From a virus (taxonomy: Duplodnaviria; Caudoviricetes), in IMG/VR virus record IMGVR_UViG_2524614847_000004, positions 32,001 through 96,000 of that record: a stretch of 64,000 nt of DNA, one strand, 5' to 3'. How positions within the stretch are numbered: the first letter of the stretch is position 1; each line of letters starts with the position of its first letter. This document shows, piece by piece, positions 52,354-63,307 of this stretch. The notes under the pieces were generated by a model. That model made no database searches. It had not been told where the DNA came from and worked only from the letters and a program-made list of their open reading frames with translations. The position numbers and the translations under genes were made by a program.

Positions 52354-53101
52354 CAAATTGGAGAATCAATTAATTGATGAATTGAAGATTTATCGTGGAA
52401 AAGATATTCTTATAACAGATAAAATATCAATAAGGCAGCCGACCCTAGGTGAAATCTGTGATTACGGAGAAAAAGAATATTGGTTTATGGTTCATACTCT
52501 GGCTTCCGTTGGTGCAGATATGAAATTTCAACTTTACGATCTCGGATTTGACTATACCAAGATTGATGACTACACTTTATTCTCAAATTTCTTATGTAAG
52601 GGGTTCTCTGTGGAAAGAACATCGATATTATTTGGTGACTTGGATTTTTCAAAATTCCAGTTATTTCAAAAGAGAGACAACGATGATATCGTAATGTACA
52701 ATTCAACTGATGATATTTTATTTGACGAATATACATATTTGGTATTTGTAGAAGCACTTAGAAAAATCCATATGATAAAACGTAATTCACAGTTGCCAGC
52801 AAACGAATCAACAAAACAGATCCTAATCGATGATGATCGTGAGGCATACGAAATGAGTAAAAATAAACAATATTCTTCTCAATTAAAAAATGTTATTTCA
52901 TCAATGATTAATCGAGAGGGTTTCAAATGTAATCACGACAATGTTTGGGATATGAAAATTAACGCATTTTTAGATTCTGTTAAAAGAATACAGAGAATTA
53001 AAGATGCAGATTTATTGCTTCAGAGTGGTTACTCTGGATATGGACTGGATCTTACAAAGATATCAAATAAGAAACTTGATTGGTTGGGAGAACTTGATTA
53101 G
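52340..53101 (+). CDS. Virion morphogenesis protein
   Basis: Synteny. Confidence 0.5.
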   Translation: MIRGDKLENQLIDELKIYRGKDILITDKISIRQPTLGEICDYGEKEYWFMVHTLASVGADMKFQLYDLGFDYTKIDDYTLFSNFLCKGFSVERTSILFGDLDFSKFQLFQKRDNDDIVMYNSTDDILFDEYTYLVFVEALRKIHMIKRNSQLPANESTKQILIDDDREAYEMSKNKQYSSQLKNVISSMINREGFKCNHDNVWDMKINAFLDSVKRIQRIKDADLLLQSGYSGYGLDLTKISNKKLDWLGELD

Positions 53102-53148
53102 TCAGGTTCTTTTTTTAATTAATATAAAAATATTGGAGGTAATAATAT

Positions 53149-53943
53149 ATGTTTAATCCTAATGAACTAGTTCTTGAAAAGATTAGGGCAGTTGAGGAAT
53201 ATGATCCAGCAACAAATGAGCTGACTGGACGTTATACCCAGATTGAGAGTCCGAGTTTGAAAACATCTGCTGATGGCACTCCGGTAACAGATGCTATGGG
53301 GTCAGAGATTACAACGTTTTATAATGCACAGACCGGCACATTTGATTTTACAAACAGTCTATTTTCTCTTGATTTGGCTGCTTCGCAGTTTGGAACCCAA
53401 AAAGAAGTTGCAAGTTCTACAAACAAAATTATAATGCCGGTGTCAGAAACTATTCCCATTGCATCTGACGGAACAGTTGTTTTAAAATATGCACCAATTG
53501 GAACTGCTGGAGCGGAAGTAAAATATGTAAAAGTAATTAACGAAAATAATACCTTTGGTAAGACATACGAAGTTTCTGCAACTGCTGGTGATGGAAAATT
53601 CACATTGGACGTAGCCACAAAAACAATCACTCTTCCATCTGGAGTCACAGGTAGAGCATTTGTTCGTTATGATAAAGAAACTGAAAATGCTGTAAAAGTG
53701 TCTAAGAATACGGATGGAGTACCTGCCGTTAAGTCTCTGCTTATTCATGGAATCTTCCATGATCCATGCAATACAAATCTTGTGTATGCTGGTGTTATTT
53801 CTGTTGCTAGAGCACAGATTGATCCCTCTTCTGTTGAAATCAATTTAACTGCTGATGGAAAACACGCTGCTAGTTATAAGCTTCAGAAGCCATACTGCGA
53901 TGAAAAAGCTAGACTATTTGACATCATCATTTCCGAAGATTAA
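53149..53943 (+). CDS. Major tail tube protein candidate
   Basis: Strong RBS; Thr/Ala/Gly-rich; followed by a terminator. Confidence 0.6.
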   Translation: MFNPNELVLEKIRAVEEYDPATNELTGRYTQIESPSLKTSADGTPVTDAMGSEITTFYNAQTGTFDFTNSLFSLDLAASQFGTQKEVASSTNKIIMPVSETIPIASDGTVVLKYAPIGTAGAEVKYVKVINENNTFGKTYEVSATAGDGKFTLDVATKTITLPSGVTGRAFVRYDKETENAVKVSKNTDGVPAVKSLLIHGIFHDPCNTNLVYAGVISVARAQIDPSSVEINLTADGKHAASYKLQKPYCDEKARLFDIIISED

Positions 53944-53985
53944 TTAACTGAGGCGGTGTTCCGCCTCTTTTATTGAGAGGTATTA

Positions 53986-54321
53986 ATGGGAGAACTTAAT
54001 GCAAAATGCAGTATATGTGGTAAAAAATATCATGTATGTCACACTTGCTCAAACACAATATCTTTCACTCCATGGAGAAAGATAACTGATACAACCAACT
54101 GTTATAAAATATTTCTAATACTTAGGGATTATACCAATGGGTATGTAGATAAAGAGTCTACTAGAGATTTATTAAATGGTTGCGATTTAAAAGAACTTGA
54201 TACTTATGAAGATAATATTAAAAAGACAATTAACGAAATTTTAAAATCAGAGACTGTTGCTAAAAGTAAGAGAAAAAGCAAACTTAAAGAAAGTGAAACC
54301 GTCAATGAAAATGATGAATAG
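53986..54321 (+). CDS. Cys-rich hypothetical protein
   Basis: CSICG...CHTC. Confidence 0.55.
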   Translation: MGELNAKCSICGKKYHVCHTCSNTISFTPWRKITDTTNCYKIFLILRDYTNGYVDKESTRDLLNGCDLKELDTYEDNIKKTINEILKSETVAKSKRKSKLKESETVNENDE

Positions 54322-54654
54322 TGATTATTAGATTTGGGGATAACCATTATTCATCAGAATTTTGATTATCCCTATTTTTTACGCCAATAAATATATGAAA
54401 GTGGTGAATACAATTAGAGAATACAGTGAACAGTTTAATCGCGAATACGAAATTGAAGATACCGTAAGAATTGTTAATACAAAACAGGCAGGACTTTATA
54501 TTAAAAATAATGTTCCGCTTATTGATATCTTCTGGTCTAAAGATAATTTGGTATTTGTATTTAATAAAAATGAAAGTAAAAGAGCCTATCAAAAATGGCT
54601 TAATCATGAATTACTATAAAATTCAACTTTGCTTCAAAAACGAAAGGAGAAACT

Positions 54655-54966
54655 ATGACGGAAATTATTAATCTCATGCCATTACTTGGCATTACAATGG
54701 CAATAAATATTTCTCTTGGAATGTATTACAACATCGGAGTTAAGTCATTTAATTTCGATTACAAGGTGTTTATCAATGGATTAGTTAAAGCCATTATCAT
54801 TGGCTCCGCATTTATTGGGCTTGCTTATTGCTTTGATAAGACAGACCTCTCTTCCATTGGAATTACGCCTACATTAATTATGTATTCAGCAATCGTGCTG
54901 TATGCAAGTAAAGATTTAAAAACTCTTGCAAAAATTATCGGAGTTGAAACAAAAACGGAGGAATAA
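54655..54966 (+). CDS. Holin candidate
   Basis: Three TM helices; directly upstream of the endolysin. Confidence 0.65.
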   Translation: MTEIINLMPLLGITMAINISLGMYYNIGVKSFNFDYKVFINGLVKAIIIGSAFIGLAYCFDKTDLSSIGITPTLIMYSAIVLYASKDLKTLAKIIGVETKTEE

Positions 54967-55913
54967 TGATGGGAAAAACCTTATCGGATTTAATTGTTCT
55001 CGCCAAAGCACAAGAAGGATATATTGAAAAGGCTTCTAATTTTAATCTCGATTCCAAAACGGCCAATAAAGGTAGCAATAACTATCAGAAGTTTTCCAGA
55101 GATATTAATAATGTTAGCTTGAATGGTTGTCAGGCACAGGCGTGGTGCTGCACGTTCCAATTCTGGCTTGATCTTCAGACCTTCGGGGTGGAAATTGCTC
55201 TTTATCTTTGGAATATGACCAGAGCAACATATGTTGGTTACAACTGTTTCGCCACATATAACGCCTTTGCTAATAAAGGTAAAGTTGGTAAAACTCCAAA
55301 ACTGGGGGCAATTGTTATATTTGATTTTTCACATGCTGGACGAGTTATTGATATTTATAAGAGAAATGGCCTGACATACATATCATGCATAGAAGGAAAT
55401 ACTTCTTCCAATCTAAATGATAGAAATGGTGGACAAGTAAAGACCAAAGAAAGACTTGCAAATGATTCCACAATCAAAGGATATTGCTATATCGACTATG
55501 ACCAGTTCGAGCAAAAGAAATCCGATTGGCAAGATGAGGACAATCATTGGAGATTTTATCTTGGTGACACTGGTAACTGTGTAAAGAATAATTGGTATAG
55601 ATGGACTTCTAAAACAGACAGAAATGATTATTGGAGTTTCTTCCTGGGCGACAACGGATTTGCCGTTCAAGGCAATTGGTATCAGCATAATTATAAATGG
55701 TATTACTTTGATAACAATTGCGCCATGCTTGCGAACCAGTGGTTGGAATACGAAGGTAAGTGGTATTACTTTTGTAATTCCGGAGAAATGGTAACTAATG
55801 CCTATGTGAAATCTAAGAGTAAGAAAGATGTATATTATTTTATAAATAAAGATGGAATTTGGGAAGGCAAGGAGGAAATCAATCCAGATACTAGCCATTT
55901 CAAAGTTTTCTAA
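54966..55913 (+). CDS. Endolysin: CHAP domain plus cell-wall-binding repeats
   Basis: AWCC, HAG and IEGN motifs; WYYF repeats. Confidence 0.85.
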   Translation: MMGKTLSDLIVLAKAQEGYIEKASNFNLDSKTANKGSNNYQKFSRDINNVSLNGCQAQAWCCTFQFWLDLQTFGVEIALYLWNMTRATYVGYNCFATYNAFANKGKVGKTPKLGAIVIFDFSHAGRVIDIYKRNGLTYISCIEGNTSSNLNDRNGGQVKTKERLANDSTIKGYCYIDYDQFEQKKSDWQDEDNHWRFYLGDTGNCVKNNWYRWTSKTDRNDYWSFFLGDNGFAVQGNWYQHNYKWYYFDNNCAMLANQWLEYEGKWYYFCNSGEMVTNAYVKSKSKKDVYYFINKDGIWEGKEEINPDTSHFKVF

Positions 55914-55928
55914 AGAAGGGGTTGGAGT

Positions 55929-56297
55929 ATGGATGAAAGATATCCCGAACTTGCCGTGAAGGTTGAAAATGCCAGTGTAAAAATCGGAGAACAAGATAGA
56001 CGCATAAAAACTTGTGAGGATGATATTAAAGACCTTAAAGAAGAACAAAAGGTAATTTATCGTTTGGTTAATTCTGTGGAAAATTTAGCAGGTTCTATGA
56101 CACAATTACGAGCAGATATAGGCGATGTTAAATCTGGGCAAGACGCATTGACTGTTAAGGTGGCAGAGATAGAAAATCGACCAGCTAAAGAAACCAAGAA
56201 ATTCACTGATAACATTAAGGAAAAATTATGGTATCTCGTTATCGGCGGAATAGCTGTAACAATATTGTATCAAATCTTACCAAATTTCAGATGGTAG
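55929..56297 (+). CDS. Coiled-coil protein with a C-terminal TM helix (XhlA-like lysis helper)
   Basis: Architecture and position. Confidence 0.5.
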   Translation: MDERYPELAVKVENASVKIGEQDRRIKTCEDDIKDLKEEQKVIYRLVNSVENLAGSMTQLRADIGDVKSGQDALTVKVAEIENRPAKETKKFTDNIKEKLWYLVIGGIAVTILYQILPNFRW

Positions 56298-56551
56298 CCT
56301 AATAAGGGACAGTTGAGTAATTACTACTCTTCTGTCCTATTTTGATAAATAAGAACGTCTATCTATACGCCAATAGGTTTAGATAGGCGCTTTTGTTGTG
56401 CCTAAATGCGGAGTTTATTGAACCGCATTGTTTGTTTTGAGTAGAAGAATATCATGAGGTCGCTCCCATGAAAAGTGGTCATCTCCTTCCACGATCTTCT
56501 ACTTTTTTGTTTTATTAAGGAGAAAATAAAAGTTTAAGGGAGAAATATTAT

Positions 56552-57331
56552 ATGAATGAAATAATGATTTTTGAAAATAAGGAATTTGGAAATGTTAGAG
56601 CTGTTGAAGTTGACGGAGAACCGTATTTTATAGGTAAAGATGTAGCAGAAATTCTCGGATACTCTAATCCACGCAAAGCTATTATTGATCACGTTGATGA
56701 AGAGGATAAAATGGATGGGGTAACAATTCGTGACTCCATCGGAAGAGAACAAAAACCAGTTTGTATTAACGAGTCCGGACTCTATGGACTTATACTTTCT
56801 AGTAAAATGCCAAATGCGAAAAGATTTAAGCGCTGGGCAACAAGTGAAGTATTGCCGTCGATTCGCAAACATGGAATGTATGCTACAGAAGAAACCATTG
56901 ATAAAATTTTAAGCGACCCAGACTTCGGAATTAAACTTTTAACACAACTTAAAGAGGAAAGAAATAAAAACACTTTATTGAATAAAGAAAACGATGCATT
57001 AGCAGAGAAGAATCTTAAATGGGCAGGTAGAAAATTTACTAACGCCTGTGTGCGACGATATGCGGGATTCGCTTGTGAAGGAAATTTTGGTAACGCTTGG
57101 ATTGAATTTAAGAAAGAAATTTTATATAAGCACAGCATCAATCTTAATTCAAGAATTACGCATTATCTGAATAGCACTGGAAAGAAAACAAAACCCAAAA
57201 CACTGGATATGTTAGATGATTTAGAAGTGCCAAAAGCAGTATCTACAATTGTTTCTATGTGTAGAGAAAAGGCAGTAGATATATCTGATTTATTGGAGAA
57301 TGTAGATGATAAGGAAATGTCCAATGAATAG
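56552..57331 (+). CDS. BRO-N domain antirepressor
   Basis: FENKEFGNVR...PYFIGKDVA...INESGLY...AKRFKRW..EVLPSIRKHG. Confidence 0.9.
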   Translation: MNEIMIFENKEFGNVRAVEVDGEPYFIGKDVAEILGYSNPRKAIIDHVDEEDKMDGVTIRDSIGREQKPVCINESGLYGLILSSKMPNAKRFKRWATSEVLPSIRKHGMYATEETIDKILSDPDFGIKLLTQLKEERNKNTLLNKENDALAEKNLKWAGRKFTNACVRRYAGFACEGNFGNAWIEFKKEILYKHSINLNSRITHYLNSTGKKTKPKTLDMLDDLEVPKAVSTIVSMCREKAVDISDLLENVDDKEMSNE

Positions 57332-57857
57332 CGGTAAGATCTTCGAGAATGCTTTTAAAAAGTCAATCCCAGAATATGTACTATATCATAGGCTAAACGA
57401 TTCCACGGGAACTTTTTCAGGCGGAAGTAATCTTAGATTTTCACCTAAACAGCCATGCGATGCATTCCTCTGGAATGGTCACACGAATACCTTTTATGCA
57501 TTGGAATTGAAAACAAGTAAATCAGGCTCATTCTCTTATGAAGACGTGAATTGTGATGAAAAGCAACCACCTAAAATGATACATAAACATCAGATATTAT
57601 CCCTTGATAAACTGTCAAATTATAACGGCGTTGTTGGTGGCTTCATTTTTAATTTTAGATGCGAATCAGAATCAATTGAACGCACTTATTTTCAAAAAAT
57701 ATGTGATTTTTTATTGATGACAAGTGAACTAAATAAGAAATCATTTAATGAAAAGGATTTACTAAAGTATAACCCTGTTGAAATTGCCGGACGTAAGAAA
57801 ATTAAGAATTGGACTTGGAACGTTGAAAAGTTCCTTAATGACACCAGATTGAACTAA
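57306..57857 (+). CDS. RecU-like Holliday junction resolvase
   Basis: GKIFE, PCD, ELK and HQI motifs. Confidence 0.75.
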   Translation: MIRKCPMNSGKIFENAFKKSIPEYVLYHRLNDSTGTFSGGSNLRFSPKQPCDAFLWNGHTNTFYALELKTSKSGSFSYEDVNCDEKQPPKMIHKHQILSLDKLSNYNGVVGGFIFNFRCESESIERTYFQKICDFLLMTSELNKKSFNEKDLLKYNPVEIAGRKKIKNWTWNVEKFLNDTRLN

Positions 57858-57886
57858 TTAAAATAAAAATATTGGAGGACTAATAT

Positions 57887-58204
57887 ATGAACATTTTTAA
57901 TAAAATCAAGAATTACTTTGAAAGTAGAAAACAGGAAAAGATTAAGGAAAACGATTTTAGAGAGACATTTATGGCAATCTCCCTGTATGTATTAAACCAG
58001 CATAGTGATTTACTGGAATTGCAAACTGAACTTGTAAAAAAACAGATGGAAGCAACTGAATCCATTAATAAATTAAACGAATCGGTCAGTGTAGATGATA
58101 TGAAAAATCTTATGCAGAATATTGATAAGATTTCAAAGAACCCTGATTTAACATCTACATACTACTCTCATATTGCCGATATTACTCAGGCCGAAAAAGG
58201 CTGA
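57887..58204 (+). CDS. Hypothetical protein (possible tail chaperone)
   Basis: Synteny. Confidence 0.45.
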   Translation: MNIFNKIKNYFESRKQEKIKENDFRETFMAISLYVLNQHSDLLELQTELVKKQMEATESINKLNESVSVDDMKNLMQNIDKISKNPDLTSTYYSHIADITQAEKG

Positions 58205-58212
58205 TAAATAAT

Positions 58213-58701
58213 ATGGCTACTATTAGACCGGAAGACTTAAACTCTTTTTTTCTAAAACAAATCATTAACAAATACAAGGAGTTGCAATTAAAACTACCGG
58301 AATATCTAAAGGGGTTTATTTATAGCGAGTTTTACAATAAGTATACCCCATCAGACTTATATGACCGTCAGTATCGTATTATTGATGCCATTATGACAAG
58401 TAGTATCAAAGTATCTGGCGATACCGTCTCTATGGAAATATATCTTGATCCAGATAAGGCATCATACGACCCTTCTATTTGGTATTATCCAAACGGCGCA
58501 TTTACATATATAAAAGGTGATGATTCGGCCACCGTATTTGAGAACATGAGAAATGGTATTCACGGATCTCCTGATTTTGGCGTAACAGATGGTGATTTCT
58601 GGCAAGCATTTGTCGATTCCGTAAGTCGTGGAGGAATATACGATTTGTTTCAGGATTTCAAAAAGTATCTAAGTGACACTGTTGAAATAAAGGTTATATA
58701 A
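58213..58701 (+). CDS. Hypothetical tail-associated protein
   Basis: YTP..YDR motif; synteny. Confidence 0.45.
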   Translation: MATIRPEDLNSFFLKQIINKYKELQLKLPEYLKGFIYSEFYNKYTPSDLYDRQYRIIDAIMTSSIKVSGDTVSMEIYLDPDKASYDPSIWYYPNGAFTYIKGDDSATVFENMRNGIHGSPDFGVTDGDFWQAFVDSVSRGGIYDLFQDFKKYLSDTVEIKVI

Positions 58702-58713
58702 GGAAGTGATAAA

Positions 58714-58890
58714 TTGGTAAGATATGAATCTGAATGCGTTGATTGCAGAAAGCCATGTTTATATAAAAACTGCCCATATTACAGGGTAGTACGACACTAT
58801 TGTAATGAGTGCGGAGAAGAAATTAGTCACAATGAAGATGAAGAGACAGGACTATGCGTGTATTGTTACAGCAAAAATAACTTGTGCTAA
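58714..58890 (+). CDS. Small Cys-rich protein (not in ORF track)
   Basis: TTG start with RBS; 58 aa with 9 Cys. Confidence 0.45.
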   Translation: MVRYESECVDCRKPCLYKNCPYYRVVRHYCNECGEEISHNEDEETGLCVYCYSKNNLC

Positions 58891-59034
58891 TATTTGAGTT
58901 TTATATATTAATTTTTGTAATTAATGGTTGCTTTCTAACAACCGACTTTTGGCAAATTATGTGATATTATGTCATTAATAAATTTATTGCTCATGCAAAT
59001 ACTAGATGTACGACTAAATTGTAGAGGTGTTTGC

Positions 59035-59253
59035 ATGTTTATAAAATTACGTGACGTAAGAATAGAAAAAGGTATATCAATAAGAGAACTAGAGCAGAAA
59101 TCGGGGGTTGATAGGTCGACAATCAGTAGGATTGAGAATGAACAAGCCATTCCTAGCGTATTAACGTTGTGTAAATTGGCATATGCTTTAAATGTGACAT
59201 TAGATGACTTAGTAGAATATACGGAATATTGTGAAAAAGAAAAGGGGGAGTAA
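59035..59253 (+). CDS. XRE-family HTH regulator
   Basis: LRDVR...SIRELEQKSGVDRSTISRIE; likely start MFIKL. Confidence 0.8.
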   Translation: MFIKLRDVRIEKGISIRELEQKSGVDRSTISRIENEQAIPSVLTLCKLAYALNVTLDDLVEYTEYCEKEKGE

Positions 59254-59527
59254 TATGTCTGAGAAGATGTATTATAATGTGATTTGTGAGGAGATTGGAG
59301 TTACTGGCGGTAAAATTATTCATGTTGATGAGAATAAAGGTACGATTCAAGAAGTTCATGATCTTGTAGATGAGAATATTGAAAAGTGGCCAAATGGGAA
59401 GTTTATCCAAGATTTTTTAAAGCTTTATTTTCTATTTAAATACCGATTTGTTTTAGATTTTAGGCGCTTATGCTGTAACAGGTATGGGCGCTTTTTGTAT
59501 GTAAAAATGAAAGGAAGTGATTTTCGT

Positions 59528-60547
59528 ATGAAGAAAATACCAGAAGTAACAAGCGAAGAATGGGGTAAAGTTAATGTATTTAACAGGTTTATTTATGACG
59601 ATTTCTTTGCCAACAACATTGAACTATCAGACAAATCTATTAAGGCATATCGTAGTTCATTAAAAATTTGGTTCAGATGGGTTATGGAGAATTTAAGCAA
59701 CAAACAACAGACAGAAATTAAGGGGTTGGACTTTAAGAGGTATCAGAACTGGCTAATAAGTCTTGGACACTCTTCTTCTGACATTTCAAATAAACGTGCT
59801 GCTGTTAGCAGTTTAAATAATTACATAATGGTATATTACGAAAGCGATTTTCCTACATTTCGCAACTTCATCAATTCCTCAATAAAGAAACCAGAAAAGT
59901 CTTTTGTTAGAGAAAAGATTCCTCCAACAAAAGCTGAAATGGAAAAACTTATTTCTACATTAAAAGAAGGTAAGGTTAAAGACAAATATCAGAAAATTGC
60001 TTATTTAAAGTTCACATGGGAAACTGGTTGTCGCAGAGCCGAAACAATGCAAATTATGAAAGACATTATTAACTCTGAACCGATTATAAAAAAGAAATTG
60101 GTTAAGTTGGAAGATGGGGCTGAAGAAGAAAAAGAAATCAAATACTATCTTACCCCGAAAATCAGATGTAAGGGGCGTGGGAAAACCGGAAAAATTCGAC
60201 GCTTGAAATTCTCTGATTATTCCTTGGAAGCATTTAAAAAATGGTTGGAAGAACGAGGAGATGATGATTGCCCATATATGTTTATCACAAAATATAACGG
60301 TGGAATTAATCAGGTAAGCGAAACCACATTTAATAATTGGTGTACTGATGTATTCTCTCCTATTATTGGTAGACGATTTCATCCGCATATTCTTAGGGAA
60401 GGACGAGCGACAAGTATAGTCGTTGAAGAAGGCAAGAATATCGAAGCAGCTCAAGCCTTGCTTGGACATGAATCGAGCCAAACCACACAGATCTACGTAA
60501 TTAGAGATGATGAAGATGAGGATTCCGATGAGCTATTTATGGATTAA
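59528..60547 (+). CDS. Tyrosine recombinase (YomM-like position before the tape measure)
   Basis: TGCRRAE, KGRG, HPHILR and LLGHESS.TT.IY motifs; RBS before the ATG at 59528. Confidence 0.88.
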   Translation: MKKIPEVTSEEWGKVNVFNRFIYDDFFANNIELSDKSIKAYRSSLKIWFRWVMENLSNKQQTEIKGLDFKRYQNWLISLGHSSSDISNKRAAVSSLNNYIMVYYESDFPTFRNFINSSIKKPEKSFVREKIPPTKAEMEKLISTLKEGKVKDKYQKIAYLKFTWETGCRRAETMQIMKDIINSEPIIKKKLVKLEDGAEEEKEIKYYLTPKIRCKGRGKTGKIRRLKFSDYSLEAFKKWLEERGDDDCPYMFITKYNGGINQVSETTFNNWCTDVFSPIIGRRFHPHILREGRATSIVVEEGKNIEAAQALLGHESSQTTQIYVIRDDEDEDSDELFMD

Positions 60548-60661
60548 TTCATTATAAAATCCCACTTTGCTTGTAAATCAAAAACAGAATAATTAAACCA
60601 TTACTGCCGCCCTCTCATATGGCGGTTATTTTTATGCCCAAAAATATGAAAGGAGTGTTAC

Positions 60662-62752
60662 ATGGATAATTTAATTCTCCAGCTTGTCACTAGGTTGGAT
60701 TCTAGCAAAACGGCTGATGATGTAAAGAAAATACAGGAACAGTTAAATGCTAAAGGTATAACCTTAAAACCCGTTCTTGACACTGCAACAAGTAAAAAGG
60801 AAATTCAGAACCTAGCCAAGCAATTACAATCGATAATGTCGTCAGTTGACCCGAAGTTTGGTGAGATAGGTGTTAAAGAATATACGTCTGCCATTAATGC
60901 TACTATTTCTGCCTCAAAGAAGGCTACTGCTGAACAGGACAGATTTGTCAATTCAATGGCACGAGGACGGGAACAATCAGAATTATTACGTTCTGCAGAA
61001 GAAAAACGTCAGCAACTGGCGCAAAGTAATGCGATAAACAAGAATCTTGAAGCCGAATACATTGAACGTCAGAAAATCTCACAGAAAATTGATGAGCAAG
61101 CTAATAAAATAAGAAATTTGCAATCAAGTGGGAACGTAGATTTAAATTTTGATAAAGTTAAAACATCAATAAATAATCTTGATAAGATTGGATTGGCAAC
61201 AGAATCATTAAAAAATGATTTTAAGCAGCTAAGTGTTCTATATAAAGGTATTGATAGTTCAACTCCGACAAAGCTTATAACCACATACTCTGCCTTTGAT
61301 TCTCAGTTAAAGAAGGTTAATAATTCAATTGCTACACAGAAATTAGGATTATCAGAAGTAAAACAGCAAGTTTCACAAGTAGATAAAATTACTTTTGCTA
61401 ATCAGATACAAGCGTGGCGTAGAGTTAACTCAGCAGCCGAGAAAGAATTTGGTGGTACGCTTGATGAATTACTCATCAAACTGAAAGAAATCGATAATAA
61501 ATCAGATTTCAGTAATCTACAAAAGAAATTTCGAGGTGTAAAGGCTGAAGCTGACGCTTTAGGGGTTACTGGTAAAAGTATAGGTGACACATTCGCATCA
61601 AGTGCACGTAAATTTTCAGAATGGATTGTTTCTGCTGGCGCTGTAATGACTGTGGTTCAGTCTGTGAAACAGATGGTTTCTAACGTTATAATATTAGACT
61701 CAGCAATGACCAATCTTTATAAGGTTACAGATGAGACAGATAGCAAGTACAATCAGTTTCTGATAAGCGCTAATAAAAACGCACAGGAGTTAGGCAGGTC
61801 TGTATCTAGTCTCGTTGAACAAACTGCAACATGGGCCAAGCTTGGATTTAATATTGACCAAGCAGAACAATTAGCAAAAATTTCTTCTATTTACGCTAAC
61901 GTGGGCGAAGTTGATGATAAGACTGCAATATCCGACCTTGTTACGGCAATGAAAAGTTTTAACATCGAAAGTTCAAAAAGTATCACAATTGTAGACTCGC
62001 TTAACAAACTTGGAAACGAGTTTGCGACAGATGCAGGTTCGCTCGGTGAAGGATTAAAAAATGCTGCCTCTGCACTCGCTCTTGGTGGAATGGATATTAA
62101 CAAATCACTAGCACTTTTAACTGGTGGATCTGAAATCACTCAAAATGCTGGAGAATTAGGCAACGCTTTAAAGGTCGGTCAAATGCGTGTAATGGGCATG
62201 AAAGGCGCTTTAGAAGAACTTGGCGAAGAAGCAGAAGGTCTTGAATCAGTTAGTAAAATACAAACTCATATTCTTAATCTGACAAAAGGCCAGGTTAATA
62301 TTATGAACGACGCAGATCCATCGAAATTCAAAGATTATTACGAAATTCTTGAAGGTGTTTCTAAGGTATTTGATTCATTAGATCAGACGAAACGTGCCGA
62401 TCTTTTAGAAACACTTTTCGGGAAACAGCGCGGCAATCAAGGTGCGGCTGTAATTCAGGCATTTCAGTCTGGACAAGTACAAAAAGCTCTCGATGCATCG
62501 ATCAATTCGGCAGGTAGCGCATATGCTGAACAGGAAAAATGGCTTGAATCAATAGAGGCGAAGACGCAGCAGTTTATTGCATCGTTTCAGTCTTTATCGA
62601 GTGCCATAGTGGATTCTGATGGGCTAAAACTGCTTGTAGATTCTGGAACATCTTTAAATAACATTTTAACTGAATTAATTCGAAACTTTGGCATTTTGCC
62701 AACGCTTGTATCTGGTGCAGGTATTGCATCATTCGTAAAAAACTTCGCTTAG
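60662..62752 (+). CDS. Tape-measure protein, 5' portion/exon
   Basis: TP901-like core (LDSAMT.L.KV, IVDSLNKLGNEFA, LFGKQ); ends abruptly at FVKNFA*. Confidence 0.85.
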   Translation: MDNLILQLVTRLDSSKTADDVKKIQEQLNAKGITLKPVLDTATSKKEIQNLAKQLQSIMSSVDPKFGEIGVKEYTSAINATISASKKATAEQDRFVNSMARGREQSELLRSAEEKRQQLAQSNAINKNLEAEYIERQKISQKIDEQANKIRNLQSSGNVDLNFDKVKTSINNLDKIGLATESLKNDFKQLSVLYKGIDSSTPTKLITTYSAFDSQLKKVNNSIATQKLGLSEVKQQVSQVDKITFANQIQAWRRVNSAAEKEFGGTLDELLIKLKEIDNKSDFSNLQKKFRGVKAEADALGVTGKSIGDTFASSARKFSEWIVSAGAVMTVVQSVKQMVSNVIILDSAMTNLYKVTDETDSKYNQFLISANKNAQELGRSVSSLVEQTATWAKLGFNIDQAEQLAKISSIYANVGEVDDKTAISDLVTAMKSFNIESSKSITIVDSLNKLGNEFATDAGSLGEGLKNAASALALGGMDINKSLALLTGGSEITQNAGELGNALKVGQMRVMGMKGALEELGEEAEGLESVSKIQTHILNLTKGQVNIMNDADPSKFKDYYEILEGVSKVFDSLDQTKRADLLETLFGKQRGNQGAAVIQAFQSGQVQKALDASINSAGSAYAEQEKWLESIEAKTQQFIASFQSLSSAIVDSDGLKLLVDSGTSLNNILTELIRNFGILPTLVSGAGIASFVKNFA

Positions 62753-63206
62753 CTCTGAAATAAGAGTTACACTTAAATCTTTCCGAGGGATTTAGTTGGG
62801 CTATCTAGGGGGAGGAAATACCATAATGGCGGTATATACAATTCCTAGAGACGAAAGTTTTAAAATAAAAAGAGGATTAATTGCTTGAAAGTGTAACGCT
62901 CACTACTCTTCTATTTTAGAAGAAGCCGAGAAATAAGGCAAATAAGTCAAACGGTTTATACACCGGAGTGAGATTTCTAGGGATAAAAAATAATTCCCGA
63001 CAGAAGTACAATCACCAACGAAGCAGCTAACCCTATCTACGCTAAGTCGTGGCATATAATCCGATGGTAGCAATTGCGAAAGCAGTGTCGGGATAAAGTC
63101 ATAAAAGATAGGGAATGTTCAACGAGCACCATTCCTCACAGTATGCAAAAGCCTGATTTTGTGTGCTGTTAATGCATGTTCTAAAGTATACGAAGTATCA
63201 AACTTC
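62750..63206 (+). ncRNA. Group I intron ribozyme core
   Basis: P3, P4, P6/P6a, P7 with G-binding site, P8 and P9 all pair; see findings. Confidence 0.8.
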
Positions 63207-63307
63207 AATGTTATTCAATGTAAGATATCAAAACATTTACACTTGTCTGGAAATTTCTTCCTCTCTATGATATAATAATTTTAAAAAGAGATACAGGAGG
63301 GAATTGT

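Noticed and set aside
59231-59527. 438-aa integrase call with a long N-terminal extension
   Set aside because: The extension appears to be a separate small or degenerate gene plus a terminator-like hairpin (about 59462-59496). A good RBS precedes the ATG at 59528.
2179-62139. Many antisense or nested ORFs in the track (e.g. 2179+, 3312+, 9798+, 20132+, 36347-, 55413-, 60005-)
   Set aside because: They are shadows of longer genes with recognisable motifs, and have no domain signal of their own.
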